From Bdellovibrionales bacterium (GTDB lineage Bacteria; Bdellovibrionota; Bdellovibrionia; Bdellovibrionales; JAGQZY01): a stretch of 64,000 bases of DNA. Position 1 is the first letter of the stretch. Each line of letters opens with the position of its first letter. The stretch lies in contig JAGQZY010000003.1 of the NCBI GenBank assembly GCA_020435205.1, positions 1,537 through 65,536 of the forward strand, given 5' to 3'. The notes under the pieces are model-generated. The model was not told the origin of the DNA. It ran no database searches and saw only the letters and a program-made list of their open reading frames with translations. The position numbers were made by a program, and so were the translations under genes. Of the stretch, positions 49,546-57,751 are shown piece by piece.

Positions 49546-50385
49546 ATGAAAGACCAATCTGTAATGCCAGTAAACTGGATGGATCATCCTATCGTCGCTA
49601 TCGATACAGAAACCAGTGGGCAATACCCTTTTCGGGATGACCTCTGTGAAATCGCAGCGGTGAAAACTGTTGGCGGTCAGGTTGTGGACACTTACCAGTC
49701 TCTGGTTAAGCCCCGCCATAAAATGAGTGATTTTATCATTAGCATCCATGGCATCACTAATGAGATGGTCAAAGAGGCTCCCAAAATTGATGAAGTCCTA
49801 CAAGATTTTATTAGCTTCATTGGTGATGGCGTCTGCGTGGGGCATCACTCGCCCTTTGATTTGGGTTTTTTATCCTACGACCTTGAAAAGCAAAAAATTT
49901 CACTTCCTGATGCTCCCGTATTTTGTAGCAGCCTGGTGTCTCGCAACGTGATCAAAGGAACCGCTAACCATAAATTGCAAACATTAGTCGAGCATCTTGG
50001 GATTGATGGTGGTCAAGCTCACCGAGCTCTTGATGATGCTAAAGCTTGTGCTGAAGTTTTGTTTCATTGTCTGCGCGATAAAGAAGTGAATACATTTGAG
50101 GAGGCTTTTTCACTACAAGGAAGTCCTCTTTGGTGGCAGGATTTTTCTATCGCCGGCAAGATGTTGCAGAGTCAGGTATGGAAAACTCTGGTAGAAGCCA
50201 TCGAGTCCGGTAAAGATCTAGAAATTATCTATAATGGTGGCTCGCAAAAGGGAAAAAAGAGGCAAGTTAAACCTATCTCAGTAGTTATTACACCCAGTGG
50301 TGATTTCTTGGTGGCCTCAGATGGTGGTGAAGAGCCCAAACGATTCTATATGCAAAAGTTAATGGAAGCAGAGATGTTGCTCTAA
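49546..50385 (+). CDS. DnaQ/epsilon-like DEDDh 3'-5' exonuclease with a WYL-like C-terminal domain
   Basis: Exo I VAIDTETSG, Exo II VGHHSPFDLGFL, Exo III HRALDDAKA. The C-terminal DLEIIYNGGSQKGKKRQVKPISVVITPSGDFLVASDGGEEPKRFYMQKL matches the WYL-domain pattern (Y...R.V.P......yL.a......R.F). Confidence 0.75.
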   Translation: MKDQSVMPVNWMDHPIVAIDTETSGQYPFRDDLCEIAAVKTVGGQVVDTYQSLVKPRHKMSDFIISIHGITNEMVKEAPKIDEVLQDFISFIGDGVCVGHHSPFDLGFLSYDLEKQKISLPDAPVFCSSLVSRNVIKGTANHKLQTLVEHLGIDGGQAHRALDDAKACAEVLFHCLRDKEVNTFEEAFSLQGSPLWWQDFSIAGKMLQSQVWKTLVEAIESGKDLEIIYNGGSQKGKKRQVKPISVVITPSGDFLVASDGGEEPKRFYMQKLMEAEMLL

Positions 50386-51347
50386 CAGCCAATCTGCTCG
50401 TTGGTGTCCCTTTGAGCATCATCGGCTAGCCCTTCGGGCAAGATGGGGATGACCTGGCTTTGGTCATTAATTTGTAATTCGGTCCTAATTAACTCGGCAA
50501 TGTCCTCAAGTTGAAGGAATTCATCACCTTTGCGTAGCTTGAGGGCGTGGGATTTCCCTTGAATATAATCATTGATGAAGCGCTCAAAAGCATAAACGGG
50601 TCCAACGATGCGGTGACTTAACTTTTTACCAACCATAAAGAGAAAGGCGGAAAAGGCCATACTAAAAGAAGTAAAGGTCACTAAAAAGGGAATCAAAAAT
50701 TGGTCGAGAAGCTTTTTATTATTCCCAATAAGATCAATAACCACAAATCGTAAAAAGGTGTAAGAGAAAACTCCGGAGATCAAAGAGAAACCTAGGCCAC
50801 AGGTAACGAGGATATAGCAGTAGCGTAACTGGAATTTGGGGTCGACCCAAGCGTCTTTGCGAAGATTATCTTTGGGCCAAAGTTTTTCACGGTCGCGAAG
50901 CATAGCGTAGCCCATGGTGAAATACCCTAACCACTGTAAGGCGTCTGCAACATTGAAAACTCCTGTTGCCATTTTTTCGTTGCCGATGATTAAGAAATCA
51001 ACAACATGGCCCCAGACAATTCGATCGATCACATTGCCAAGAATGCCGCCGATTAAAATAGACATTCCCACCCGTAGAGTCATTGAGCGAGTCGGTAGTA
51101 AGTACTGAAAAATAATAAAAGAGAAAAATAAAAAAGCGCCACCCGTTGATAAAGATACAATTCTGAGCACGGGGGGAAGCTCAGAAAATAAACCCAGCAT
51201 TGCCCCCTTGTTGTAATGAAGGCTCAGGTGAAATATTTCCCAGTGCCATCGAGGGCTAAACTCTAAAATCACATATTTAGATATTTGATCTGCAGCAATC
51301 ACACCGAATAGGGAGGTAAGTACCCAAAACCAATCTCGCTTCTTCAT
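50382..51347 (-). CDS. lspA: Lipoprotein signal peptidase (LspA) fused to a C-terminal 2-TM + HAMP-like module
   Basis: The N-terminal half is VIAADQISKY...HYNKGAMLGLF...GGILGNVIDRIVWGHVVDFL...VFNVADALQ, the peptidase A8 motifs. The protein is 321 aa against about 160 aa for a typical LspA. The extra half has two hydrophobic helices, then SHRIVGPVYAFERFINDYIQGKSHALKLRKGDEFLQLEDIAELI (HAMP-like). Confidence 0.8.
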   Translation of the reverse strand: MKKRDWFWVLTSLFGVIAADQISKYVILEFSPRWHWEIFHLSLHYNKGAMLGLFSELPPVLRIVSLSTGGAFLFFSFIIFQYLLPTRSMTLRVGMSILIGGILGNVIDRIVWGHVVDFLIIGNEKMATGVFNVADALQWLGYFTMGYAMLRDREKLWPKDNLRKDAWVDPKFQLRYCYILVTCGLGFSLISGVFSYTFLRFVVIDLIGNNKKLLDQFLIPFLVTFTSFSMAFSAFLFMVGKKLSHRIVGPVYAFERFINDYIQGKSHALKLRKGDEFLQLEDIAELIRTELQINDQSQVIPILPEGLADDAQRDTNEQIGC

Positions 51348-51356
51348 ACCTTTATT

Positions 51357-52262
51357 TTAATGGTCGAAGTTCAAACCGACAACTGTCTGATTGCGGCCTC
51401 GTCTTTTAGCTTGATAGAGGGATTGGTCAGCACTAATGATGAGTTCATCCACAGAGTCAGCGTGTTGCGGATAAGAAGCAATTCCCAGACTTATGCTCAG
51501 GGGATAGTTATTAAAAGAGCAGTTGAGAACATGATTTCTCATTCTTTCGGCCACCATCAAAGCCTCTTCAGAGGTCGTGTTTGGGAGAATCACTGCAAAC
51601 TCTTCGCCCCCGTATCTGGATATAGAATCGCCTTCGGGGCAATTGTTTTTGAGTTCTTCAGCCACTTGGGCAAGGAGTTTATCTCCCTCAGGATGGCCAA
51701 AACGATCATTGAATTTTTTGAAATGATCAATATCGATCATGATTAATGAAAGGGCCCTTTTTTTGTCTTTATGCCTATCAAACTCAATACGAATTCTTTC
51801 TTGAAAAAAACGATGATTAGTCAATTGAGTGACGGGGTCCGTAATTGCTAGCTTCTGCAAGCGTTGGGACTCCATTAAGCTTTTGTGAAACTTATAAGCC
51901 TCAACCACTTGAATCAAAAGTTGATCGTTTTCCCAGGGCTTCATAATGAACTTATGAACTTTCGCTGTATTAATAGCATCTTCCATACTCTTTAAATCAA
52001 TTTGTCCACTGAGAAGGACTCGGCCACAGCTAGGCACCGCCTTTTCTACTTTGGACAAAAATTCAACACCATTTTCCGTGCCTAGGATATGGTCGCTAAT
52101 AACAACAGAGATATCGGGGTTTTGTTCAAGGATTGCAAAGGCATCAATTGTGTCCGTGGCTAAGAGAACTTCAAAGCGGCGGCGCAAGGTTCGCTCAAGA
52201 GATTCTAGAATTCCTAGCTCGTCGTCAACACATAGAATTTTAGGTAAATTATTTTCCATCAT
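51357..52262 (-). CDS. Response regulator with GGDEF diguanylate cyclase output (REC-GGDEF)
   Basis: REC domain ILCVDDELGILESL...VVISDHILG...FIMKPW. GGDEF domain DPVTQLTNHRFF...IMIDIDHFKKFNDRFGHPEGD...RYGGEEFAVIL. There is no RxxD I-site 5 residues upstream of GGEEF. Confidence 0.9.
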   Translation of the reverse strand: MMENNLPKILCVDDELGILESLERTLRRRFEVLLATDTIDAFAILEQNPDISVVISDHILGTENGVEFLSKVEKAVPSCGRVLLSGQIDLKSMEDAINTAKVHKFIMKPWENDQLLIQVVEAYKFHKSLMESQRLQKLAITDPVTQLTNHRFFQERIRIEFDRHKDKKRALSLIMIDIDHFKKFNDRFGHPEGDKLLAQVAEELKNNCPEGDSISRYGGEEFAVILPNTTSEEALMVAERMRNHVLNCSFNNYPLSISLGIASYPQHADSVDELIISADQSLYQAKRRGRNQTVVGLNFDH

Positions 52263-53769
52263 CTTCTTTGTATGCTGTTGCTAAAGAGCGAAAGTCACCA
52301 CTTACTGGTAGACTATAATTTTTGACTCTTTTGTGCACAATGGCAACTTGTTTTTCATACCATAGAGGGTCTGTTGGTAAATCTTTATAGGCGATTTCCT
52401 GGATTTTCTTATAAAGCTTCTTTCTTTTTTCAAAATTAGACTCTCGGTAAGCGGCCTCGACGAGTTGGTCAAACTGAGGATTGGAATAATAGCCCCGATT
52501 TCTTCCCGGAGGGGTCATTTTACTATGGAGAGAGATTCGGTAAATGTCTGGATCCTGGACTCCCACCCATTTCATAATGGCCATTTGAAACTTTCCAGTT
52601 CGTACATCTTCATAGTAGGTACCCCATTCATAGCTCTGTTGCTCAAGAGAAAGCCCTGCTTTCCTCAATTGATGAGCGATGATTTTGCCGTGCTCGATGG
52701 CTTCCATTTGGTTTGAAGTTTTTAAAACGACTTTTGCACTCCGAAGTTTAGAAAATACCTCTGAAATCTCTGTGCTCGTCATGTTTTCACTACGCAAGTT
52801 GTGGTCAAAAAACGGACTGACTGGGCTAATGATCGAAGTGGCTGGGTCAGCGAGTTCCTCAAGGGAATACTTAATAATATCGCGACGGTGGATGGCGCTA
52901 TGAATGGCTCTGCGAACTTTGACATCTTTGAAGATAGGGTCTTTTAAATTAAATAAAAGGTAGGTCGTCGATAGCCCAGGTTCAATGATCACATCAAATT
53001 GATCGGACCTTTTAAAAACCTTCACTTTTGAGTAAGGAATATCGCCCTGGACGATATCAATCTGTCCCTTATAAACTTTTTGGAAACGGGTATTTGAGTC
53101 CTTAATGATTTTAAAAAGTATATTTTTGCTCTGAGACTTGCTGCCAAAATAATTTTCATAGCGAGTCAGGTAAATGTTGTTAGGTTCTTGCTTAGAGAAA
53201 CGAAAAACTCCAGTGCCAATGGGGGCTTTATAAAAATCTTTTCCTGCCGCTTCGGTGATTTTTTTAGAGAGGAGCTTTACGACAGATAAATCCTTTAAAA
53301 AAGGTGCCGCAAATTCTTTAAGATAGAGCCTGACAAAGTACTTGCCTTCGCCATACTCGGCTTCCACCCGATCAATGACAGAAAGAATGGGAGCAAATGG
53401 AGATGATGGCTTTTGATATTCAGAAAATGAATACAAGATATCATCTTTAGTCAACGGATCCCCATTATGAAAAGCCAAGCCTGGGCGAAGCTGAAAGGTA
53501 TACACCCGTTGATCGTAGGACCAGGACTCAGCCGCATCGGCTATCGGCTCGAGGTTAGGGCCACTTTTGACAAGTGACGAAAAGATGAGGCTGCCTATGC
53601 GCTGTCCGTTTGCATCTGTGGCGTAACGGGGGTCTAGGGTTTTTGGCAGTGAAGCTAGACCCACGACCAGAGTGTCCGCTGGTGGGGGTTGATGCCACTT
53701 GCAGTGAGAGGTGAGGAGGAGGGCTGCAATGCAAAATACGCGTAGAATTGAAGACGCCATCTCAAACAT
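52249..53769 (-). CDS. ABC-type substrate-binding protein, family 5 (peptide/nickel type), orphan
   Basis: Signal peptide, then LVVGLASLPKTLDPRYATDANGQRIGSLIFSSLVK...WSYDQRVYTFQLRPGLAFHNGDPLT, typical of SBP_bac_5. No permease or ATPase gene is adjacent. It overlaps the REC-GGDEF gene by 14 nt. Confidence 0.8.
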   Translation of the reverse strand: MFEMASSILRVFCIAALLLTSHCKWHQPPPADTLVVGLASLPKTLDPRYATDANGQRIGSLIFSSLVKSGPNLEPIADAAESWSYDQRVYTFQLRPGLAFHNGDPLTKDDILYSFSEYQKPSSPFAPILSVIDRVEAEYGEGKYFVRLYLKEFAAPFLKDLSVVKLLSKKITEAAGKDFYKAPIGTGVFRFSKQEPNNIYLTRYENYFGSKSQSKNILFKIIKDSNTRFQKVYKGQIDIVQGDIPYSKVKVFKRSDQFDVIIEPGLSTTYLLFNLKDPIFKDVKVRRAIHSAIHRRDIIKYSLEELADPATSIISPVSPFFDHNLRSENMTSTEISEVFSKLRSAKVVLKTSNQMEAIEHGKIIAHQLRKAGLSLEQQSYEWGTYYEDVRTGKFQMAIMKWVGVQDPDIYRISLHSKMTPPGRNRGYYSNPQFDQLVEAAYRESNFEKRKKLYKKIQEIAYKDLPTDPLWYEKQVAIVHKRVKNYSLPVSGDFRSLATAYKEDDGK

Positions 53770-53824
53770 CTTACAGAGTGCATTGTGGGCTGTCTAAACC
53801 TTTTTATCGGTGTATCTTAGGTCA

Positions 53825-55234
53825 ATGAGACAAATCCTACCTATTATTTTATTGTTATTCGCGGTCCCCGGAAAAAGCGCCACCTTCAAGCAGCAGGCTG
53901 ATGAAGTGGTCTCCAAAGTCATTGCCGAAAGCGGCATTGATAAGAAGCACTTTGGTATTTGGGTGATGCAAAAAGATGAAGCTTCCATCCTCAATGGGGA
54001 TCAACTCTTTGTACCTGCTTCCTTATCGAAAATGCCCACAGCCCTCGCCTTTTTAAATCACTTTAAGATGGATCAATACTTCAATACCTGGGTATACAAA
54101 ACAGGAAAGATTGAGGATGGTGTCCTAAAGGGCGATTTGTACTTAAAGGGCGGCGGCGACCCTAGTTTTGTTAATGAATCCATGTGGATGATGATCAATA
54201 AGCTCAAACGCTCGGACATAAAAAAAATTGAGGGCCAACTGTATGTCGATGAAAGCTATTTTGATAACGATTACTACTCAGAGGGCCGCCAAAAGCGCAG
54301 AGTGGATCGAGCTTATGATGCTCCTGTCGGAGCTCTTTCCTTCAACTGGAATACAATATCAATTTATGTTCGGCCGGGATTGCGTGCTGGGCAGGCGGCG
54401 AGAGTTTACTTAGACCCTCCTGTCCCTTTTGTGAAGGTAGTCAACTCTGCTAAGACTGGATCTGACTTAAAAAGCTCCTTAAAAGTTGAGCGCACCAGCA
54501 AAAATGGTGAAATGCAAATTCGCGTGACGGGGACGATTTCACAAAAAGAGGAAGAAAAGGCATTCTATAAAAGTATTGAAAACCCAGCTCTTTGGACTGG
54601 AATGAATTTTAAGTATTTCCTTAATGAGTTTGGTATTGAATACAAAGGCGACATTAAAAAAGCTGTTGCCCCCAAGGAAGCCGATGTTCTTGTCGAGTAC
54701 AAGAGTTGGGATATGGGGCGCATTGTGAAAGCCATGTCTAAGTTTTCCAACAATTTTGTCGCTGAGATGCTCACCAAACACTTAGGTAAAAAGGAAGGAA
54801 TTCCAGCGAGTATTGATGACGGATTGGATGAAATTAATAAATTCCTTGCTCAAAAAGGTTGGAAGGCTAAAGAATTTAGCTTCGTCAATCCTTCGGGGTT
54901 TACCCACAATAATAAGATACGAGCCAGTCAACTGGGTGAGCTTCTCTATCACTCTCTTGAAGATTTTAATTTTTCCCCAGAGTTTTTGGCAGCCCTTCCC
55001 ATCAGTGGAACAGACGGGACTTTAAAAAAGCGGATGACTCAAGTCATGAAAGGCCGAGTGCGGGCCAAGACGGGCTATTTAACGGGAGTGGTGAGCTTGG
55101 GGGGGTACTTACAATCGCGCACCGGCAATCGCCCGATCACCTTTGTCTTCTTTTATAATGGGCCTTACAAGCACGACTGGGAAGTGCGCGCCCTGTTTGA
55201 TAAAATCCTCTGGCGTCTATACCAGAAGTCTTAG
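53825..55234 (+). CDS. dacB: D-alanyl-D-alanine carboxypeptidase/endopeptidase, PBP4 (peptidase S13)
   Basis: SxxK motif PASLSKMPT, SxN motif KFSNNFVAEML, KTG motif RAKTGYLTG, plus DLYLKGGGDPSF. Start at the ATG 53825 gives the signal peptide MRQILPIILLLFAVPGKSA. Confidence 0.88.
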   Translation: MRQILPIILLLFAVPGKSATFKQQADEVVSKVIAESGIDKKHFGIWVMQKDEASILNGDQLFVPASLSKMPTALAFLNHFKMDQYFNTWVYKTGKIEDGVLKGDLYLKGGGDPSFVNESMWMMINKLKRSDIKKIEGQLYVDESYFDNDYYSEGRQKRRVDRAYDAPVGALSFNWNTISIYVRPGLRAGQAARVYLDPPVPFVKVVNSAKTGSDLKSSLKVERTSKNGEMQIRVTGTISQKEEEKAFYKSIENPALWTGMNFKYFLNEFGIEYKGDIKKAVAPKEADVLVEYKSWDMGRIVKAMSKFSNNFVAEMLTKHLGKKEGIPASIDDGLDEINKFLAQKGWKAKEFSFVNPSGFTHNNKIRASQLGELLYHSLEDFNFSPEFLAALPISGTDGTLKKRMTQVMKGRVRAKTGYLTGVVSLGGYLQSRTGNRPITFVFFYNGPYKHDWEVRALFDKILWRLYQKS

Positions 55235-55761
55235 TTGAAATCCTGTGCCTGAGCCACGTAGGGGAGGTTGCGGTAATAGCCCTGGTAGTCTAGGCCGTAA
55301 CCAACCACAAAGCGGTTGTCGATTTCAAAACCAACATGGTCAATGGTGCAATCGGTTTTTAAGGCCGCAGGTTTCAGGAGTAAAGAGGTGGTCACCAGTT
55401 GTTTTGGCATACGCGCCATGATCATTTTTTTTAAAAAATTCATAGTAAGGCCTGTGTCGACGATGTCTTCAATCAACACAACGTTTTTTCCTTCCAGCGG
55501 AGTGGTGAGATCTAACGTGACTTTCACTTCACCCGAAGATTGGGTTTGGCCGTTGTAGCTAGAAACTCCGATAAACTCGCACTGAATGTCCAGGTCGATC
55601 GCGCGAACCAGATCTGCGTAATACATGAAAGAACCCTTAAGAATACAAATCGCCGTCACTTCTTCACCGGAAAACTGATCAGTGATTTTTTGACCGATTT
55701 CTTGAATCTTAGCTGTGACCTTTTCTTCGGAGATCAATTCAGACAAATTCAATGGCATCAT
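55231..55761 (-). CDS. hpt: Hypoxanthine(-guanine) phosphoribosyltransferase
   Basis: PRPP motif VVLIEDIVDTGLTM, plus ILKGSFMYYADL and VVGYGLDY. Start at the ATG 55761 has the SD AAGGAG 7 nt upstream; the ORF-track start at 55779 contains that SD. Confidence 0.92.
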   Translation of the reverse strand: MMPLNLSELISEEKVTAKIQEIGQKITDQFSGEEVTAICILKGSFMYYADLVRAIDLDIQCEFIGVSSYNGQTQSSGEVKVTLDLTTPLEGKNVVLIEDIVDTGLTMNFLKKMIMARMPKQLVTTSLLLKPAALKTDCTIDHVGFEIDNRFVVGYGLDYQGYYRNLPYVAQAQDFN

Positions 55762-55815
55762 GACAGGGCTCCTTTCCATGGGAATTCAGGCAGCCTACCA
55801 CAAGTTTTTTGAAAA

Positions 55816-56607
55816 TTACACGAAGGAATTGTTAATTAACTCGCCGACGCCACCCGCACCCGGGACGATGTATTGCTGCTCATTCAGGCCCTTTTCTTGG
55901 TCCCAAAGGCTTCCTGGCGGTTGTTTTAAGGCTTCACTGGTCGAAAAACCTCGATCAAGGCGAGCGGCATAGACCTGGATGTCAGGATGAGTTTCGCAGA
56001 CTTTGCGTATAAACTCTGGGGTGATAATCAAATGCACCGAGATAAAGCGCTTGGCTGTCCCTTCCACCTTTTTTTTGTAGTGGTTTACCACTTCACAAAG
56101 GGAGTTGCCGGTCGCCCCCATGGGGTCGGGCAGAAACACTAAGGCATTCTCAATGTCGCCACCAATTTTTGAACTGGATAAACTGGTGTGAGTCACCTGA
56201 TCCCTTTCGTCAGTCACTCGAGAGGCAAAAACATGGTCCTGGCGAACGCCGATAGGGTTGGTGAAGTGATTGATCATGTCAAAAATCACTTGGCTAGGAA
56301 CCATCCCGGCTCTAGCCACGTCCACACAAACAGCTTTCTGTTGATCGTCAAAAACCTTGCCTTTGTATTTTTGCTCGGGATGCATGGCGGTCATGCGAGT
56401 GGCGCATTCAGTTTCGATCATAGGCCATTCATTGTTAAGCACCTGAATTAAAAGTTCACGATAAGCCTGAGAAAGCAAAGAGTTAAAATGGGGTTGAATG
56501 GTTTTGGCTTGGGAGATCTTAGTCAGTAAGGTGTTGAGATAACCATTGTTTAAAATATGAATGTTCTTTGGATAATTGTGTTCAACTTCACTGAGTTGGA
56601 AAGCCAT
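55816..56607 (-). CDS. Uracil phosphoribosyltransferase-family protein (divergent, longer than canonical Upp)
   Basis: VARAGM, FLPDPMGATGNS (compare DPMLATGGS) and QQYIVPGAGGVGE (compare YIIPGLGDAGD). 263 aa against about 208 for canonical Upp, with an N-terminal extension and an insertion before the C-terminal motif. Confidence 0.7.
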   Translation of the reverse strand: MAFQLSEVEHNYPKNIHILNNGYLNTLLTKISQAKTIQPHFNSLLSQAYRELLIQVLNNEWPMIETECATRMTAMHPEQKYKGKVFDDQQKAVCVDVARAGMVPSQVIFDMINHFTNPIGVRQDHVFASRVTDERDQVTHTSLSSSKIGGDIENALVFLPDPMGATGNSLCEVVNHYKKKVEGTAKRFISVHLIITPEFIRKVCETHPDIQVYAARLDRGFSTSEALKQPPGSLWDQEKGLNEQQYIVPGAGGVGELINNSFV

Positions 56608-56637
56608 GATCCCCTCCTGGACAAAGAAGATCTAACC

Positions 56638-57579
56638 CTATTTGAGTTCAAGCACAAGCACCAGGTCGCTAAAGTCCTCACTGAAGGCCTCACTATTGAG
56701 AGCGGCCAAGGAGCTGCTACTGTCAAAAAAGGCCCTTTCTTCTTCGCTAAATCCCTGGTCTTTGGCGACAAAGCGGCTGACCATCAGATAGCTTTTGCGC
56801 GGAACGCTGATCTCTAGGCTGATGGGGTCAGTGGGATCTCCACCAATTTTCAGCTCATTCCAAATTCTAAGTTCAATAGTGAAACTATTGGGGTCATTGT
56901 TATTGTAGACCATGACTTCAAAATAAAATCCTAAGTTTTGCCCAGTGTCGGGGTTTCGTTCCCCACTAAACAATAGTTTTGGCTTATTAAACTGGAAGGA
57001 TTTACTCATGCTATCCACCGAAGTCCAAGATCTTCCGCCGCTTTTCAAAAGCTTTTTGAAATCGTTTTTGTCAATGGTGGCGACACCATCGTCCACCCGT
57101 TGGCCATTGGCAAATGCCGCCTCGATTTGGTCGCGACGAACTAAAAAAAGCTTGGCGCGCACACTTTGTTCGAGAGTGGCTTGAGTTTCTTTTTCGTTGG
57201 CTCCATTCGCTTTTGCGGCTTCTGGTTTAGGAGGTGGCGCAAAGCTTTGTGTTTGCGCTTCCGTAGGTTGTTGAGCGGCTCTGGCTTTTACTTGGCGCGG
57301 ACTGGGTTCTGCGGAACGTTGTCGTTGCGGGCGGGGGCTGGCTGTGGGCAGTTCATTCCAGCGCGGATCTTTGCTTTGTTTTTGACTGTTGAAATTATCC
57401 CAAAGCACAACACCGAGAATCACAACAAAGAGAACGCCCAATTGAAACATCCAATTGAAAACGATTTTTTTCCAAGCTGGTTTTTTAGGTGGCACCCAAG
57501 TTTCCATGTTGACGCCACAGTTAGCGCAGTACTGGTCCTTGGGTTGCAGGAAATTACATTTTGGGCAGTTAACCATCAT
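56638..57579 (-). CDS. Zinc-ribbon membrane protein with Pro/Gln-rich linker and an extracytoplasmic C-domain
   Basis: MMVNCPKCNFLQPKDQYCANCGVNM (CxxC...CxxC zinc ribbon). TM segment WMFQLGVLFVVILGVVLW, then a Pro/Gln/Ala-rich segment and a roughly 190-aa C-domain with no recognised family. Confidence 0.7.
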   Translation of the reverse strand: MMVNCPKCNFLQPKDQYCANCGVNMETWVPPKKPAWKKIVFNWMFQLGVLFVVILGVVLWDNFNSQKQSKDPRWNELPTASPRPQRQRSAEPSPRQVKARAAQQPTEAQTQSFAPPPKPEAAKANGANEKETQATLEQSVRAKLFLVRRDQIEAAFANGQRVDDGVATIDKNDFKKLLKSGGRSWTSVDSMSKSFQFNKPKLLFSGERNPDTGQNLGFYFEVMVYNNNDPNSFTIELRIWNELKIGGDPTDPISLEISVPRKSYLMVSRFVAKDQGFSEEERAFFDSSSSLAALNSEAFSEDFSDLVLVLELK

Positions 57580-57651
57580 GATGTTAGACCTGGTTGATCA
57601 GACTCAAGTCTAACATAGCGAGACTGAGACCTGGCCCCTTTTCTCGAAAAT

Positions 57652-57680
57652 TTGACGCAATGAGGCAAATGGAATAAAGT
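57652..57680 (+). promoter_or_regulatory. Sigma-70-type promoter candidate of the mraZ (dcw) operon
   Basis: TTGACG-N17-TAAAGT. The -10 element overlaps the first MraZ box. Confidence 0.5.
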
Positions 57681-57723
57681 GGAGAAAAGTGGGGAAAAGT
57701 GGAACCAAAGTGGTTCGAAGTGG
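57676..57723 (+). promoter_or_regulatory. Array of five direct AAAGTGG repeats (MraZ-box operator)
   Basis: AAAGTGG at 57676, 57686, 57696 and 57707, and GAAGTGG at 57717, with spacings of 10, 10, 11 and 10 nt. The array lies immediately upstream of mraZ. The GTGG-type direct repeat with helical periodicity matches published MraZ operators. Confidence 0.75.
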
Positions 57724-57751
57724 AGATCCCCCGCAAACCTAGGATGGGTGA

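Noticed and set aside
57490-57505. Sigma-54-like TGGCAC-ccaag-TTTCC on the plus strand, about 260 nt upstream of mraZ.
   Set aside because: The critical -12 GC dinucleotide is TC. The site also lies inside the coding region of the zinc-ribbon gene. A sigma-70 promoter plus the MraZ operator already explains mraZ control.
57707-57725. GTGGTTCGAAGTGG, superficially like a tRNA T-arm (GGTTCGAA).
   Set aside because: It is simply boxes 4-5 of the AAAGTGG repeat array. No acceptor or anticodon stems can be drawn around it.
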